64,000 bases of DNA from an uncultured Acidobacteriota bacterium. GTDB lineage: Bacteria > Acidobacteriota > Thermoanaerobaculia > Gp7-AA8. Below, in pieces: positions 10,085 through 19,386 of this stretch. The stretch spans positions 1,120,001 to 1,184,000 of the forward strand of contig CAWGHO010000003.1 of assembly GCA_963822445.1 (NCBI GenBank), given 5' to 3'. The stretch's first letter is position 1. The number at the start of each line of letters is the position of its first letter. The position numbers and the translations under genes are program-made. The notes beneath the pieces were generated by a model. The model made no database searches. It was not told the origin of the DNA and saw nothing but the letters and a program-made list of their open reading frames with translations.

Positions 10085-10495
10085 CTAGCGCGGCTTTTTG
10101 ACCTTGAGCCGGACGGCCTCGAGCTCTTCGCGCAGGAAGTCGATCTGCGCGAGCAGCTCGTCCACCTGCTGGCCCATGGTGTTCGCGTTTCGGCTGCGCG
10201 ACCGTTGCGTGCGGCGCTCCGTCGCCAGATCCCGCCAGAGCTCGGCCCGTTTTCGCGTGTCCAGGCTGGCGATGCGATGGGCGAGCGGATCGGGTCCGGC
10301 ACTCTCCGAGCCGAGGATGTCGCTGGCCTCGACTCCGAGGATGCGCGACAGCACGACCAGCAGGGCGACGTCGATCGATTGCTTGTCCGTCTCGATGCGG
10401 GACAGCGTGGCGACGCTGATCTTGGCCTTGCCTGCGACTTCGGCCAGCGACCGCCCCTGCGACTGCCTTACTTCGCGAATCTTCTCTCCGACCAT
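10085..10495 (-). CDS. XRE-family helix-turn-helix regulator with C-terminal coiled coil
   Basis: GEKIREVRQSQGRSLAEVA..AKISVATLSRIET. Confidence 0.88.
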   Translation of the reverse strand: MVGEKIREVRQSQGRSLAEVAGKAKISVATLSRIETDKQSIDVALLVVLSRILGVEASDILGSESAGPDPLAHRIASLDTRKRAELWRDLATERRTQRSRSRNANTMGQQVDELLAQIDFLREELEAVRLKVKKPR

Positions 10496-10756
10496 TGAGC
10501 CATCCTAAGCGAATCCTGCAACGACTTCGCTCTCTCCATTACTTTCCGTGCAAACGGCCGGCCGCGCTCAGAATTGCGGCTGACGCAAATATGTGCACGA
10601 ATGTTGCAACTTGCGGGAACCGGCCGATTCGAGCGAGCGAGGCATCCGGGCCGCCGAGCTGAGCGTACCGGCCAACGTTCTGATACCGGCGATCGACGCA
10701 ATCCGCAGGCGTCGGTCGCCGGGTTTTTTGGCCCGGTTGTTGCGGCCGCGCCCGCC

Positions 10757-11614
10757 ATGGCCGCCGCCATCAGTCACGCCGAGTCTCTCCGCGAATACGG
10801 GCGCGGCCTCGCCGGCGGTCTGATCTTCAGCCTTCCTCTTCTCTACACGATGGAGATGTGGGCGGTCGGGTCGCTCGTCCGTCCGGAACGCCTCCTCGCC
10901 TATCTCGTTTTCGTCTTCCTGCTGCTGCTCGGCTACAACCGCTACGCCGGCCTGCGTCATGACGCGGGCTGGGCCGAAGTCGCCATCGATTCGGTCGAAG
11001 AGCTGGGCCTGGGAGTCATCACCTCGGCGGCCCTGCTCTTTCTGATCGGGCGCATCGGGCCGGAGTCCACCTTCGCCGAAGCGTTCGGCCGGATCATCAC
11101 CGAAGCGGGCGTGGTCGCCATCGGCTTCTCGATCGGCACCGCGCAACTCGGGGCCGAGGACGAAGGGGAGTCGGGGATGGGCGGCGCGCAACGCCGCGGG
11201 AAAAACGAGCACGAAACGGTGCACTTCGGCGGTCAGCTGGTGATCACCTTGTGCGGCGCGGTGCTGTTCGCGGCGAATGTCGCGCCGACCGAGGAGATCC
11301 TGATCATCGCCATCGAGACCCCTCCCGCGCGGCTGCTCGGTGTGGCCGCGCTTTCGTTGCTGATCGGCGCGCTGATCCTGTACTTCACGAACTTCGCGAG
11401 CGCATCCCGCTACTCACCGACCGAGACGCACGGCCAGGCCATTCGCGGCACGATCGTCACCTACGCGCTGGCGCTGGTCGCCTCGGCGTTCATCCTCTGG
11501 TTTTTCGGACGCTTCGACGATCAGGGCCTCGAGGTCTGCATCGGCCAGATCATCGTCCTCGGTCTGCCATCAACGCTCGGCGCATCCGCGGGAAGGCTTC
11601 TGCTGCAAGCATGA
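10757..11614 (+). CDS. TIGR02587 / DUF2391 family integral membrane protein
   Basis: SLPLLYTMEMW, ANVAPTEEI, GASAGRL; start reassigned to ATG 10757. Confidence 0.85.
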   Translation: MAAAISHAESLREYGRGLAGGLIFSLPLLYTMEMWAVGSLVRPERLLAYLVFVFLLLLGYNRYAGLRHDAGWAEVAIDSVEELGLGVITSAALLFLIGRIGPESTFAEAFGRIITEAGVVAIGFSIGTAQLGAEDEGESGMGGAQRRGKNEHETVHFGGQLVITLCGAVLFAANVAPTEEILIIAIETPPARLLGVAALSLLIGALILYFTNFASASRYSPTETHGQAIRGTIVTYALALVASAFILWFFGRFDDQGLEVCIGQIIVLGLPSTLGASAGRLLLQA

Positions 11615-11994
11615 AAAAACACGAGAAGAACGCCGTGGAGTGGAGCGTGTTCGCGGTCAGCGCAGTCATCGTCGCGCTGGCGGTCGGATATCTGGCGATG
11701 GCAGCGATTCGCTCAAAGAAGGTCGCTCCCGATCTGCGGATTACGACCGGGTCGGCGTCGGCGACGAGCGCCGGTCATCGCGTCGAAGTGAAGGTGCGGA
11801 ACGCGGGTGACACGAGCGCGGAGCAGGTGCGGATCGAAGTGAGCTTGCGGCGCGGCGAGGAAGAGGTCGAGAGCGCGGAGCTCGACATCATTTACGTTCC
11901 GCGAAAATCGGAGCGCACCGGCTGGGTCACCTTCCGCAACGATCCCCGCTGCTGCTCGATCGCCACGCGGGCCATGAGCTACGACACGCCCTGA
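11611..11994 (+). CDS. TIGR02588-like partner protein
   Basis: KNAVEWSVFAVS TM, VRNAGDTSAEQVRIEV, GWVTFRNDP; ATGA overlap with the upstream gene. Confidence 0.8.
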   Translation: MKKHEKNAVEWSVFAVSAVIVALAVGYLAMAAIRSKKVAPDLRITTGSASATSAGHRVEVKVRNAGDTSAEQVRIEVSLRRGEEEVESAELDIIYVPRKSERTGWVTFRNDPRCCSIATRAMSYDTP

Positions 11995-12110
11995 AAAAAA
12001 AACTGCCGGACACCGGCTGTGGTGAGTGTCCCGGAAGGAGCTTCCGAGTCCACATCCGGCGTCCGGCCACCCTCTCCCCACCTCTAGCGAGAGGGATGCT
12101 CCGGAATCGT
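11994..12110 (-). other. Structured intergenic region / probable minus-strand terminator
   Basis: IRs ccctctc..gagaggg, cggaag-gag-cttccg, ggacac..gtgtcc, followed on the minus strand by a T9 tract (A-run 11994-12002). Confidence 0.55.
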
Positions 12111-12122
12111 GTTACCGACTGC

Positions 12123-12191
12123 TCAGCCTCCAGGGACGGACAAACGGTGATCCAGTACAACCAGTACGACCAGGATGATGACCGTTTCCAC
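12123..12191 (-). CDS. Unannotated 22-aa peptide METVIILVVLVVLDHRLSVPGG
   Basis: GTG at 12191 preceded by a strong GGGAGGGG SD, TGA at 12123-12125; follows the TPR gene on the same strand. Confidence 0.6.
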   Translation of the reverse strand: METVIILVVLVVLDHRLSVPGG

Positions 12192-12267
12192 GTACCCCTC
12201 CCTTCTGCCCCGCTTGGGCGGACGAATGGAGGGCCCTCAGTAAGGAGTGTCGTGAGTCGGGAAAACC

Positions 12268-13620
12268 TTAGTTCAGCGTGGGGGGCACGAATGGCGTGCC
12301 GTGCTGGTCGGGGTGGGATTCGAGGTATTCGCGGACGTGGCGGACGAGCTGCGGCGTGACCGCGCCCGTGGCAAATGCTTCCTGCAGAAACGCGAGTGCG
12401 GTCAGCGCGTTGCCGGTCATTCCGACGGCGGTGAAGTTGCCGACCAGCCCTGAGCAAAGGTCGGCCGCTTCCGTCGCACCGGCGACGGTGCCGGCGGCAA
12501 GGAGGACTTCCGCGATGTCGAGCGTTACCAACGCCGCGTCGGTTCGCGCGCCGAGCTCCTCGAATTCGCGGCGGGCCTCGCGCAGGCGCGCCAGCCCCTC
12601 GGCCGTATCGCCCGCGGCAATGCGCAGGCAGCCGATGTTCCAGCGCGTGCGAATCCGCTCGGTCTCCAGGCCGAGGGCCTCGTAGAGCGACAGGGCGCGG
12701 GTGAAGTACGAGTCGGCGGAGGAGAGCTCGTTGAGGCGGAGCTGGCAGTTGGCGATGTTGAGGTAGAGCCGCGCCAGCGACGCGGCATCGCCGAGACGCT
12801 TGGCGACGTCGAGCAGAGACAGGAAGAGCTCGCGCGCTTCGCGGAAGCGGCTGTGATCGAAGAGGATCGCTCCCTCGAGGATCTTCGCGTGCACGTAACG
12901 CTCGTCTTCACCAAATTGCCGGAAGACGCGCGCGCTCTTTCGCGCGAGACGCACCGCGTCCTCGAGCTTTCCCGTCTCCAGGAAAATGACGGCGCGCGAG
13001 TACTCGACGATCGCCGTCCAGTACACAGCCACCGGCGAAGCGGAGTACGCGCGCTCGGCGATGTCGAGAGCATCGAGCGCTTCCGGATGGCGGCCGAGGT
13101 AGCGGAGCACGTTGGCGCGCTCGAGCCAGGAATCGCCGCGCATCTCGTCGATCAAAGGCTGTGGATAGCGCTGACTCCCGAGCTGATCGGCGATGGCGAT
13201 GGCCGCGTCGGCGACGACCAGCGCGTGCATCGGCTGCCGCTCGCGAAGCGATCGCGATTCAGCGCACAGACGCCGCACTACGCCGGCGGTGTGCATGGCT
13301 GGAATCGAGCCGACGTTCGCGCGACGGAAGGAGACCGGACTGGCCACGAGCGGTCCGAGGAGATCCGCGGCATCGGCGTCTTCTTTCGCCAGCATTTCGG
13401 CCAGCACGCGGATGGCCTCGGGCGGATTCGCCGAAACCGCGCCGGCCAGTTCCCAAAGCGACTCCGCGGAAAGCGCGGCGTCGAACGCGCGCAGCTCGTT
13501 GAGCAGCGCGCGACATTGCCCACAGGCTGAAACGTGCGCCTCGAGCGCATCGCGTGCGGGGAAGGTTTCAGGATCGTCGAGGTAATCCTGGAGAGCGGTC
13601 TCGTCGTAGTGACCGCTCAC
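12268..13620 (-). CDS. Soluble zf-HC2 (ZAS anti-sigma-like) domain plus TPR-repeat protein
   Basis: N-terminal H...LQDYLD...HVSACGQC (HxxxCxxC), then TPR-like helical repeats; no TM segment seen; GTG overlaps the sigma stop. Confidence 0.8.
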   Translation of the reverse strand: MSGHYDETALQDYLDDPETFPARDALEAHVSACGQCRALLNELRAFDAALSAESLWELAGAVSANPPEAIRVLAEMLAKEDADAADLLGPLVASPVSFRRANVGSIPAMHTAGVVRRLCAESRSLRERQPMHALVVADAAIAIADQLGSQRYPQPLIDEMRGDSWLERANVLRYLGRHPEALDALDIAERAYSASPVAVYWTAIVEYSRAVIFLETGKLEDAVRLARKSARVFRQFGEDERYVHAKILEGAILFDHSRFREARELFLSLLDVAKRLGDAASLARLYLNIANCQLRLNELSSADSYFTRALSLYEALGLETERIRTRWNIGCLRIAAGDTAEGLARLREARREFEELGARTDAALVTLDIAEVLLAAGTVAGATEAADLCSGLVGNFTAVGMTGNALTALAFLQEAFATGAVTPQLVRHVREYLESHPDQHGTPFVPPTLN

Positions 13621-14159
13621 GGTTTGTTCTCCTTCAGCGCGGCATAGGCCTCGCGTACCCGCTTGCGACAGCCATGCAGAAGTTGGAGAACGTATCCCGT
13701 GGTCGTGCCGAGGCGCTCAGCCATCTCGGCCGCCGAATATCCCTCGGCGTAGAACATGTGCAGCGTCTCACGGCACTTTGGATCGAGCTGACTCAAGGCC
13801 ATCGCCATCGTAACCCGGTCGACGATGCGACCTTCCAGGCCGGAAGAGTCAGGATGTACGTACTCGGCGAGGTCATCCGGAAACTGACAGGTGCGTGCTG
13901 CCGCGCGCCAGTACGCGCGGCTTGCGTGGCACACCGCGCCGACCAGCCATTTGCGCGCGTCGCGCACGGAGTCGTGCCGCGTCAGATAGGAAGTGAAGAC
14001 CTCGTTGACGATGGCCTCGGCATCGCAGGGCGGAATGTTGAACTTCTTTTCCGCGATGGCGCGAAGGCGCGAGGCATGGCCGTTGTACGCGTCTTCGACG
14101 CGTCCCGTGTGACGACCTGGCTTGTTAGCCGGCGAATCATCGTCGCCGGGCGGACCCAT
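13617..14159 (-). CDS. ECF-type sigma-70 factor
   Basis: Region 2 DAEAIVNEVF..WLVGAVCHASRAYWR; region 4 LSQLDPKCRETLHMFYAEGYSAAEMAERLG; TATACT 6 nt upstream of the ATG. Confidence 0.85.
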   Translation of the reverse strand: MGPPGDDDSPANKPGRHTGRVEDAYNGHASRLRAIAEKKFNIPPCDAEAIVNEVFTSYLTRHDSVRDARKWLVGAVCHASRAYWRAAARTCQFPDDLAEYVHPDSSGLEGRIVDRVTMAMALSQLDPKCRETLHMFYAEGYSAAEMAERLGTTTGYVLQLLHGCRKRVREAYAALKENKP

Positions 14160-14203
14160 GCCGGCAGTATATTCGCGGGCCGGGAGATCACAGGAGGAAT
14201 TGC

Positions 14204-14698
14204 ATGTCGCTGGTCAGCGCCATTCTTGGAGAGCTGGAACAGGAATCACGGACGACGAGGAAAGTACTAGAGCGCGTTCCGGACGACAAACTGGGCTGGG
14301 CGCCGCATCCGCGGTCGATGACGCTGGGCCGGCTGGCGTCGCATATCGCCATGGTCCCGTCGCGTGTATTGCTCTGGCTGCGTGCAGGCGAGTTCGATCT
14401 CGTGAATGCCGGCCCGGCGCCGGGACTGGACCAGACGGCGTTGATCGTCGCCGCGTTCGAGAAGAACCTCCAGGAGATTCGCGAGCACCTCGTTTCGATC
14501 GATGACTCCGTGCTCAAGGAGCCGTTCACGCTCAAGAAAGAGGGAAACACGGTCGCCTCGCTGACGAAGATCGGCATCGTGCGCTCGGTCCTCCTCAATC
14601 ACACCTACCACCACCGCGGACAGCTGTCCGTTTACCTGCGATTGCTCGATGTCCCGCTGCCGGCGATGTACGGACCGTCAGCCGACGAGCAGATGTGA
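14204..14698 (+). CDS. DinB/YfiT-like metal-binding protein
   Basis: WAPHPRSMTLGRLASHIA and NHTYHHRGQLSVYLRLL; AGGAGG SD. Confidence 0.9.
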   Translation: MSLVSAILGELEQESRTTRKVLERVPDDKLGWAPHPRSMTLGRLASHIAMVPSRVLLWLRAGEFDLVNAGPAPGLDQTALIVAAFEKNLQEIREHLVSIDDSVLKEPFTLKKEGNTVASLTKIGIVRSVLLNHTYHHRGQLSVYLRLLDVPLPAMYGPSADEQM

Positions 14699-15615
14699 TG
14701 ATTCTCGCGGGTGACGTGGGTGGAACGAACACGCGGCTGCGCGCGGTCGATGCGCGCGGACAGATCGTGCGCGAGCAGAACTACGGGAGCGGAGCGTGGG
14801 GAACGTTCGATGACCTGCTCCGTGATTTTCTGCAGGGTATCGAAGGTCCGATCGACGCGGCCTCTTTCGCCGTTGCCGGTCCGGTGTGGGAAGGACGGGC
14901 GGAGATCACCAATCTGCACTGGCTGATGGAGAGCGCGGCGCTCGCATCCGCGTTTTCGATCGGCCGCGTCTCACTCATCAACGACTTCCACGCGGTCGCC
15001 CTCGGCGTACCACTGCTCGCTGAGGCCGATCTGATCTCCCTCCAGCGCGGGTCGCGCGACAAGAGCCGTCCCATCGCCATCCTTGGCGCGGGCACCGGTC
15101 TCGGGGAGGCCTTCATCGTCAATGGCGAAGTGGTCGACACCGAAGGCGGTCATGGCGATTTCGCACCGCAGACTGAGGAGCAGGCTCGGTTTTTCCTCTA
15201 CCTTCACGAGCGGCACGGTCATGTGAGCTGGGAGCGGGTCGTCTCCGGGATCGGCCTCGTCAATATGTTTACCTTCTTCGGCGGCGAGGAGATCGATGCC
15301 GCGGAGATCGCGAGGCTGGCGGAGCAGGGCGACGAGCGGGCCCGGCGGACCGTGGCGATGTTCGTCGATACCTACGGTGCCGAGGCGGGGAACATGGCTT
15401 TGCGGGTCCTGGCGCGGGGCGGCGTGTTCCTCGCAGGAGGCATCGCCGCGAAGAACGTCAGCTGGTTCAACGACGGCGCGTTCATCGAGGCGTTTCGCCG
15501 CAAAGGCCGCTTCCGCGAGCTCATGGAGAGCATTCCCGTTGACCTGATCGCACGCGAGGACGCCGGCCTGGCCGGCGCGGCCGAGGCGGCGCGGCGTTCG
15601 CTGGAATCCTATTGA
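14698..15615 (+). CDS. glk: Glucokinase
   Basis: LAGDVGGTNTRL, AVAGPV, INDF, GAGTGLG, EGGH, ERVVSG.GL, GGVFLAGGIA. Confidence 0.92.
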   Translation: MILAGDVGGTNTRLRAVDARGQIVREQNYGSGAWGTFDDLLRDFLQGIEGPIDAASFAVAGPVWEGRAEITNLHWLMESAALASAFSIGRVSLINDFHAVALGVPLLAEADLISLQRGSRDKSRPIAILGAGTGLGEAFIVNGEVVDTEGGHGDFAPQTEEQARFFLYLHERHGHVSWERVVSGIGLVNMFTFFGGEEIDAAEIARLAEQGDERARRTVAMFVDTYGAEAGNMALRVLARGGVFLAGGIAAKNVSWFNDGAFIEAFRRKGRFRELMESIPVDLIAREDAGLAGAAEAARRSLESY

Positions 15616-15663
15616 GCCGTAGCGGGTTAGGGCCGCACGCGACACGTAAGGAGTCTTTCAAGT

Positions 15664-16758
15664 ATGGGTTTGTCCGTAGGCATCGTCGGCCTTCCGAACG
15701 TCGGTAAGTCGACGATCTTCAATGCGCTCACCGCCGCCGGCGCGCAGAGCGCGAACTATCCGTTCTGCACCATCGAGCCGAACGTCGGCATCGTCCCGGT
15801 AGCCGATCCGCGCCTCATGAAGATCGCCGAGCTCGCGGCCAGCAAGCAGATCGTCTTCACCGACCTCAAAGTCGTCGACATCGCCGGCCTCGTCCGCGGC
15901 GCGAGCAAGGGCGAAGGCCTTGGCAATCAGTTCCTGGCCAACATCCGCGAGACCGACGCGATCCTGCATGTCGTGCGCTGCTTCGAGGATACGAACGTCG
16001 TGCACGTCGAGGGAAGCGTGGATCCGGAGCGGGACATCGAGGTGATCGAGACCGAGCTCCTGCTCGCCGATCTCGACGCGCTCGCCAAACGCAACGACCG
16101 CGTCTCGCGGCTCGCGCGCGTCGGGCAGAAGGAGTACTTCGGCCAGGCCGAGGCGCTGGCGAAGGCGATTGCTGCGTGCGACAAGGGAACGCCGTTGCGC
16201 GCAGCCGGACTGACCGATCAGGAGAAAGAACTGCTCGCGGATCTGAACCTGATCACCATCAAGCCCGTGCTCTACGTGGCCAACGTCGCGGAAGACGATC
16301 TGGGCAAGGAGACGCCGCTGCTGCAGAAAGTGCGGAAGGCCGCCGCGGACAAGGGTGGCGAAGTGGTGGTCATCTGCGGCGAGCTGGAAGCGCAGATCTC
16401 GCAACTTCCGGCCGGAGAGCGCGAGGACTTTCTCAAGGAGATGGGGCTGGAGGAAGCGGGGCTGGATGTGCTCATCCGCGCCGGCTACAAACTCCTCGAC
16501 CTGGAGACGTTCTTCACCGCCGGACCGAAAGAGGCGCGCGCCTGGACCATCCATCGCGGCTCGAAGGCACCGCAGGCCGCCGGGAAAATTCACACCGATT
16601 TCGAGCGCGGGTTCATCCGCGCGGAGACGATCTCGTACGACGACTACATCGCCAACCGCGGCGAGCAGGGCGCGAAAGCGGCCGGCCGGATGCGCAGCGA
16701 GGGCAAGGACTACGAGGTCAAGGACGGCGACGTAATCCTGTTCCGCTTCAATGTTTGA
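15664..16758 (+). CDS. ychF: Ribosome-binding ATPase YchF
   Basis: [59 protein letters not shown]. Confidence 0.97.
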   Translation: MGLSVGIVGLPNVGKSTIFNALTAAGAQSANYPFCTIEPNVGIVPVADPRLMKIAELAASKQIVFTDLKVVDIAGLVRGASKGEGLGNQFLANIRETDAILHVVRCFEDTNVVHVEGSVDPERDIEVIETELLLADLDALAKRNDRVSRLARVGQKEYFGQAEALAKAIAACDKGTPLRAAGLTDQEKELLADLNLITIKPVLYVANVAEDDLGKETPLLQKVRKAAADKGGEVVVICGELEAQISQLPAGEREDFLKEMGLEEAGLDVLIRAGYKLLDLETFFTAGPKEARAWTIHRGSKAPQAAGKIHTDFERGFIRAETISYDDYIANRGEQGAKAAGRMRSEGKDYEVKDGDVILFRFNV

Positions 16759-17557
16759 GATACCGTCTAACGAAGGTCTCGCGATCGCGGGCAACCTCGA
16801 CGCACCCGAGCGTCCGCGCGCGCTGGTGATCGTCGTCCACGGCTTCAAGGGCTTCAAGGACTGGGGCTTCTTCCCCTGGCTCGCGCAGCGGCTCACCCAG
16901 CATCACCTGGCCGTCTGCCGTTTCAACATGTCGCGCTCGGGCATCGGCGACGATCCGGAGACGTTCGACCGCCTCGATCTGTTCGAAGACGACACCTACT
17001 CGACGCAACTCGACGATCTTCGCCGCGTGGTCGCGTACGCGCAGCAGCAGGTGCCCAACGTCCCGACCTTTCTCCTCGGCCATTCCCGCGGCGGCGGCAT
17101 CGCCATCCTTGCCGCGTCGGACGTGCCGCATCTGAATGGCGTGATCACCTGGAGCCCGATCTCGCGCGTCGATCGCTGGGATGACGAGACGAAAAAGCAG
17201 TGGCGCGCGGACGGAGTGCGCGAAGAAGTGAATTCACGCACGAAGCAGGTGATGCGCATGTCCACGCGCATCCTCGATGACTACGAGGCCAATCGCGATC
17301 GCCTCGACATCACCGCCGCCGCGAAAGCGCTGAAGGTTCCGCTGCTGGTCATTCACGGCGGCCGCGACGAAAGCGTGTCCGTCGACGAGGGAAGGCTCGT
17401 CGCCGATCAAACACCGCATTCATCAGTGGTCGTAATCGACCGCGCCGGCCACACCTTCAACGCCATCCACCCGCTGGTGCATGTGCCGTTCGAACTGATC
17501 ATCGCCGCGGAGATCAGCGCGCACTTTGTGATCGCCGAAGCGACGCGCCGGTCGTAA
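16751..17557 (+). CDS. Alpha/beta hydrolase
   Basis: HGFKGFKDWGFFP, GHSRGG nucleophile elbow, HGGRDESV, GHTF. Confidence 0.88.
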   Translation: MFEIPSNEGLAIAGNLDAPERPRALVIVVHGFKGFKDWGFFPWLAQRLTQHHLAVCRFNMSRSGIGDDPETFDRLDLFEDDTYSTQLDDLRRVVAYAQQQVPNVPTFLLGHSRGGGIAILAASDVPHLNGVITWSPISRVDRWDDETKKQWRADGVREEVNSRTKQVMRMSTRILDDYEANRDRLDITAAAKALKVPLLVIHGGRDESVSVDEGRLVADQTPHSSVVVIDRAGHTFNAIHPLVHVPFELIIAAEISAHFVIAEATRRS

Positions 17558-17564
17558 CGGCAAA

Positions 17565-18248
17565 TCACTCCGGCTCGGCAATGAACCGGTATCCGATCCA
17601 CGGCTCAGTCACGATGTAGCGCGGATTCGCCGGATCGGGCTCGATCTTCCGCCTGAGCGCGCTCATGTGCACCCGCACGGTGTCGTGCGTGGTTCCGGCC
17701 GCCGAGTCCCACACCCTGGCGATGATCTGCTCCATGAACACAGGCTTGCCCGCCCGCGTGGCGAGCAGCTCGAGGAGCGCGAACTCGGTCGGCGTCAGCT
17801 TGATCTCGCGATCGCCTTCCGTGACGACGCGAAGCTCGCGATTGATGCTCAACCCGCCGAAGCGCAGCGGTGCCGTGGACGCAGTCGCGCTGCGGCGGAG
17901 TTGCGCGCGAACCCGCGCCAGCAACTCCGGAATGGAGAAGGGCTTGGTGACGAAGTCGTCGGCGCCGAGGTCGAGGGCGCGGATCTTGTCGGCGTCGGCG
18001 CCGCGGACGGAGATCACGATGATCGGCGTTCGCGACGTCCGGCGGATCGCGCTGATCAACTGAAATCCATCCGCCGTGGGCATGGCCAGGTCGGTGAGCA
18101 TCAGCTCGGGGACATTCACGCGAAACGCAGCCAGTCCCGCCCGGCCGTCCTCCGCGGTGATGGTGTCGTAGCCGGCCGCGCGAAGCTCGATGCAGAGCGA
18201 TTCACGAATGCCCGGGTCGTCGTCGACGACGAGGATGACCTCGTTCAC
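17565..18248 (-). CDS. kdpE: OmpR-family response regulator, KdpE-like
   Basis: ILVVDDD, DLAMP, ALDLGADDFVTKPF, LRRKIEPDPANPRYIVTEPWIGYRF; start reassigned to GTG 18248. Confidence 0.8.
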   Translation of the reverse strand: MNEVILVVDDDPGIRESLCIELRAAGYDTITAEDGRAGLAAFRVNVPELMLTDLAMPTADGFQLISAIRRTSRTPIIVISVRGADADKIRALDLGADDFVTKPFSIPELLARVRAQLRRSATASTAPLRFGGLSINRELRVVTEGDREIKLTPTEFALLELLATRAGKPVFMEQIIARVWDSAAGTTHDTVRVHMSALRRKIEPDPANPRYIVTEPWIGYRFIAEPE

Positions 18249-19258
18249 GCCGGCCTCGCGACGGGAAGGTCGATCCGCGCGATCGCGCCACCGCCCTCGC
18301 GATTCGTCAGCGTGAACGTGCCGTTGCACGCGGCGGCGAGTCCGCGGGCGATCTCCAGGCCGAGGCCGTGGCGGGGGAGGTCGGAGTCGGGGGCGAGGCC
18401 GGGGCCGCGATCGCGCACTTCCAGACGGACGTGCGAGCCGACGAACTGCGCGGCCAGCTCGATCGGCGTGCCGGGCCGTGAGGCGCGATGCGCGTTCTCG
18501 ACGACGTTCACAAGGATCTCCAGCAGCAGCGACGGATCGGCGTAAGCGTCGGGACAGTCGTCATCGAGCGTGATCGAGACCGGCCGCGCCGCGAGCATCG
18601 ACGCCAGGCTTTCCCGCACCGAGCGAAACAGGTCCGCCGGCGGCGTCGGCTCCGGATGGGGCGTGAAGCGGCCCGACTCCAGCCGGGCGATGGTCAACAA
18701 GTTGTCGATGCGCCGGTGCAGACGCGCAGTCTCGTCGCGGATCGCGCCGACCGTCGTGGCCAGTTCCTGCGAACCGGCCGTTTGCCGCTCCAGCGACGCC
18801 GCGTGAATGCGGATCGCCGTCAGCGGCGTGGTCAGGTCATGCGACACCGCCCGAAGCAGCGAGGTCTTGAACGCGTCGCTCTGCCGCAGCAGATCGATGT
18901 GCGCATTCGCCTCCCCTTCGAGACGCAGCCGCTCCGCCTCGGCCGCCTGCGCCCGCGCCGCGAGCACGAGCCGCGTCACCACCAGCGCGGCGAGCAGAAA
19001 CGCGGTCATGGCCGTCCAGTTGCGGGGATCGTCGATGTGAAACGTGTGCAGCGGCGGAAGGAAGAAATAGTTGTAGCAGGCCGTGGCCAGAAACGACGTG
19101 GCGATTCCCACCTTCAGCCCGGCCCACATCGAGAGGAAGACCACGCCGAACAGGTAGATGAATCCCATGGTCGTGGGATTCACCCGCGTCGCCGCGCCGG
19201 CGGCGGTGAGCGCAACGATCACCACCACGACGGTCAACCACTTGACTGCTGCGCGCAT
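18245..19258 (-). CDS. Short KdpD-like sensor histidine kinase (DUF4118 + HisKA + HATPase)
   Basis: 4 TM with YNYFFLPPLHTF.I.DP.NW, SHDLTTPL H-box, N-box, DRGPG and GLGL. Confidence 0.82.
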   Translation of the reverse strand: MRAAVKWLTVVVVIVALTAAGAATRVNPTTMGFIYLFGVVFLSMWAGLKVGIATSFLATACYNYFFLPPLHTFHIDDPRNWTAMTAFLLAALVVTRLVLAARAQAAEAERLRLEGEANAHIDLLRQSDAFKTSLLRAVSHDLTTPLTAIRIHAASLERQTAGSQELATTVGAIRDETARLHRRIDNLLTIARLESGRFTPHPEPTPPADLFRSVRESLASMLAARPVSITLDDDCPDAYADPSLLLEILVNVVENAHRASRPGTPIELAAQFVGSHVRLEVRDRGPGLAPDSDLPRHGLGLEIARGLAAACNGTFTLTNREGGGAIARIDLPVARPA

Positions 19259-19306
19259 AAAGACTTTCTAAAGATACGGGAAACGCGTGGCTGCCGGAGT
19301 TAGAAC

Positions 19307-19386
19307 GGTTGCGGGGTTACGAGGTTGCGGGGTTACGAGGTGGCTTTCTTCTCCTCGTAACCCCGCAACCCCGAAACCCCGCAACC
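19307..19386. repeat. Hairpin built from 8-nt tandem units, abutting the kup start codon
   Basis: Perfect 18-bp IR ggttgcggggttacgagg / cctcgtaaccccgcaacc with extra units. Confidence 0.8.

Noticed and set aside
10560-10620. Short palindromes (ttgcg..cgcaa, gttgcaac) as XRE operators
   Set aside because: Too short, and not clearly repeated enough to call without comparative data
11927-12457. 176-aa minus-strand ORF and 87-aa plus-strand ORF across the TPR 3' region
   Set aside because: They overlap real genes and have no RBS or coding bias; the SD-led 22-aa ORF explains the region better
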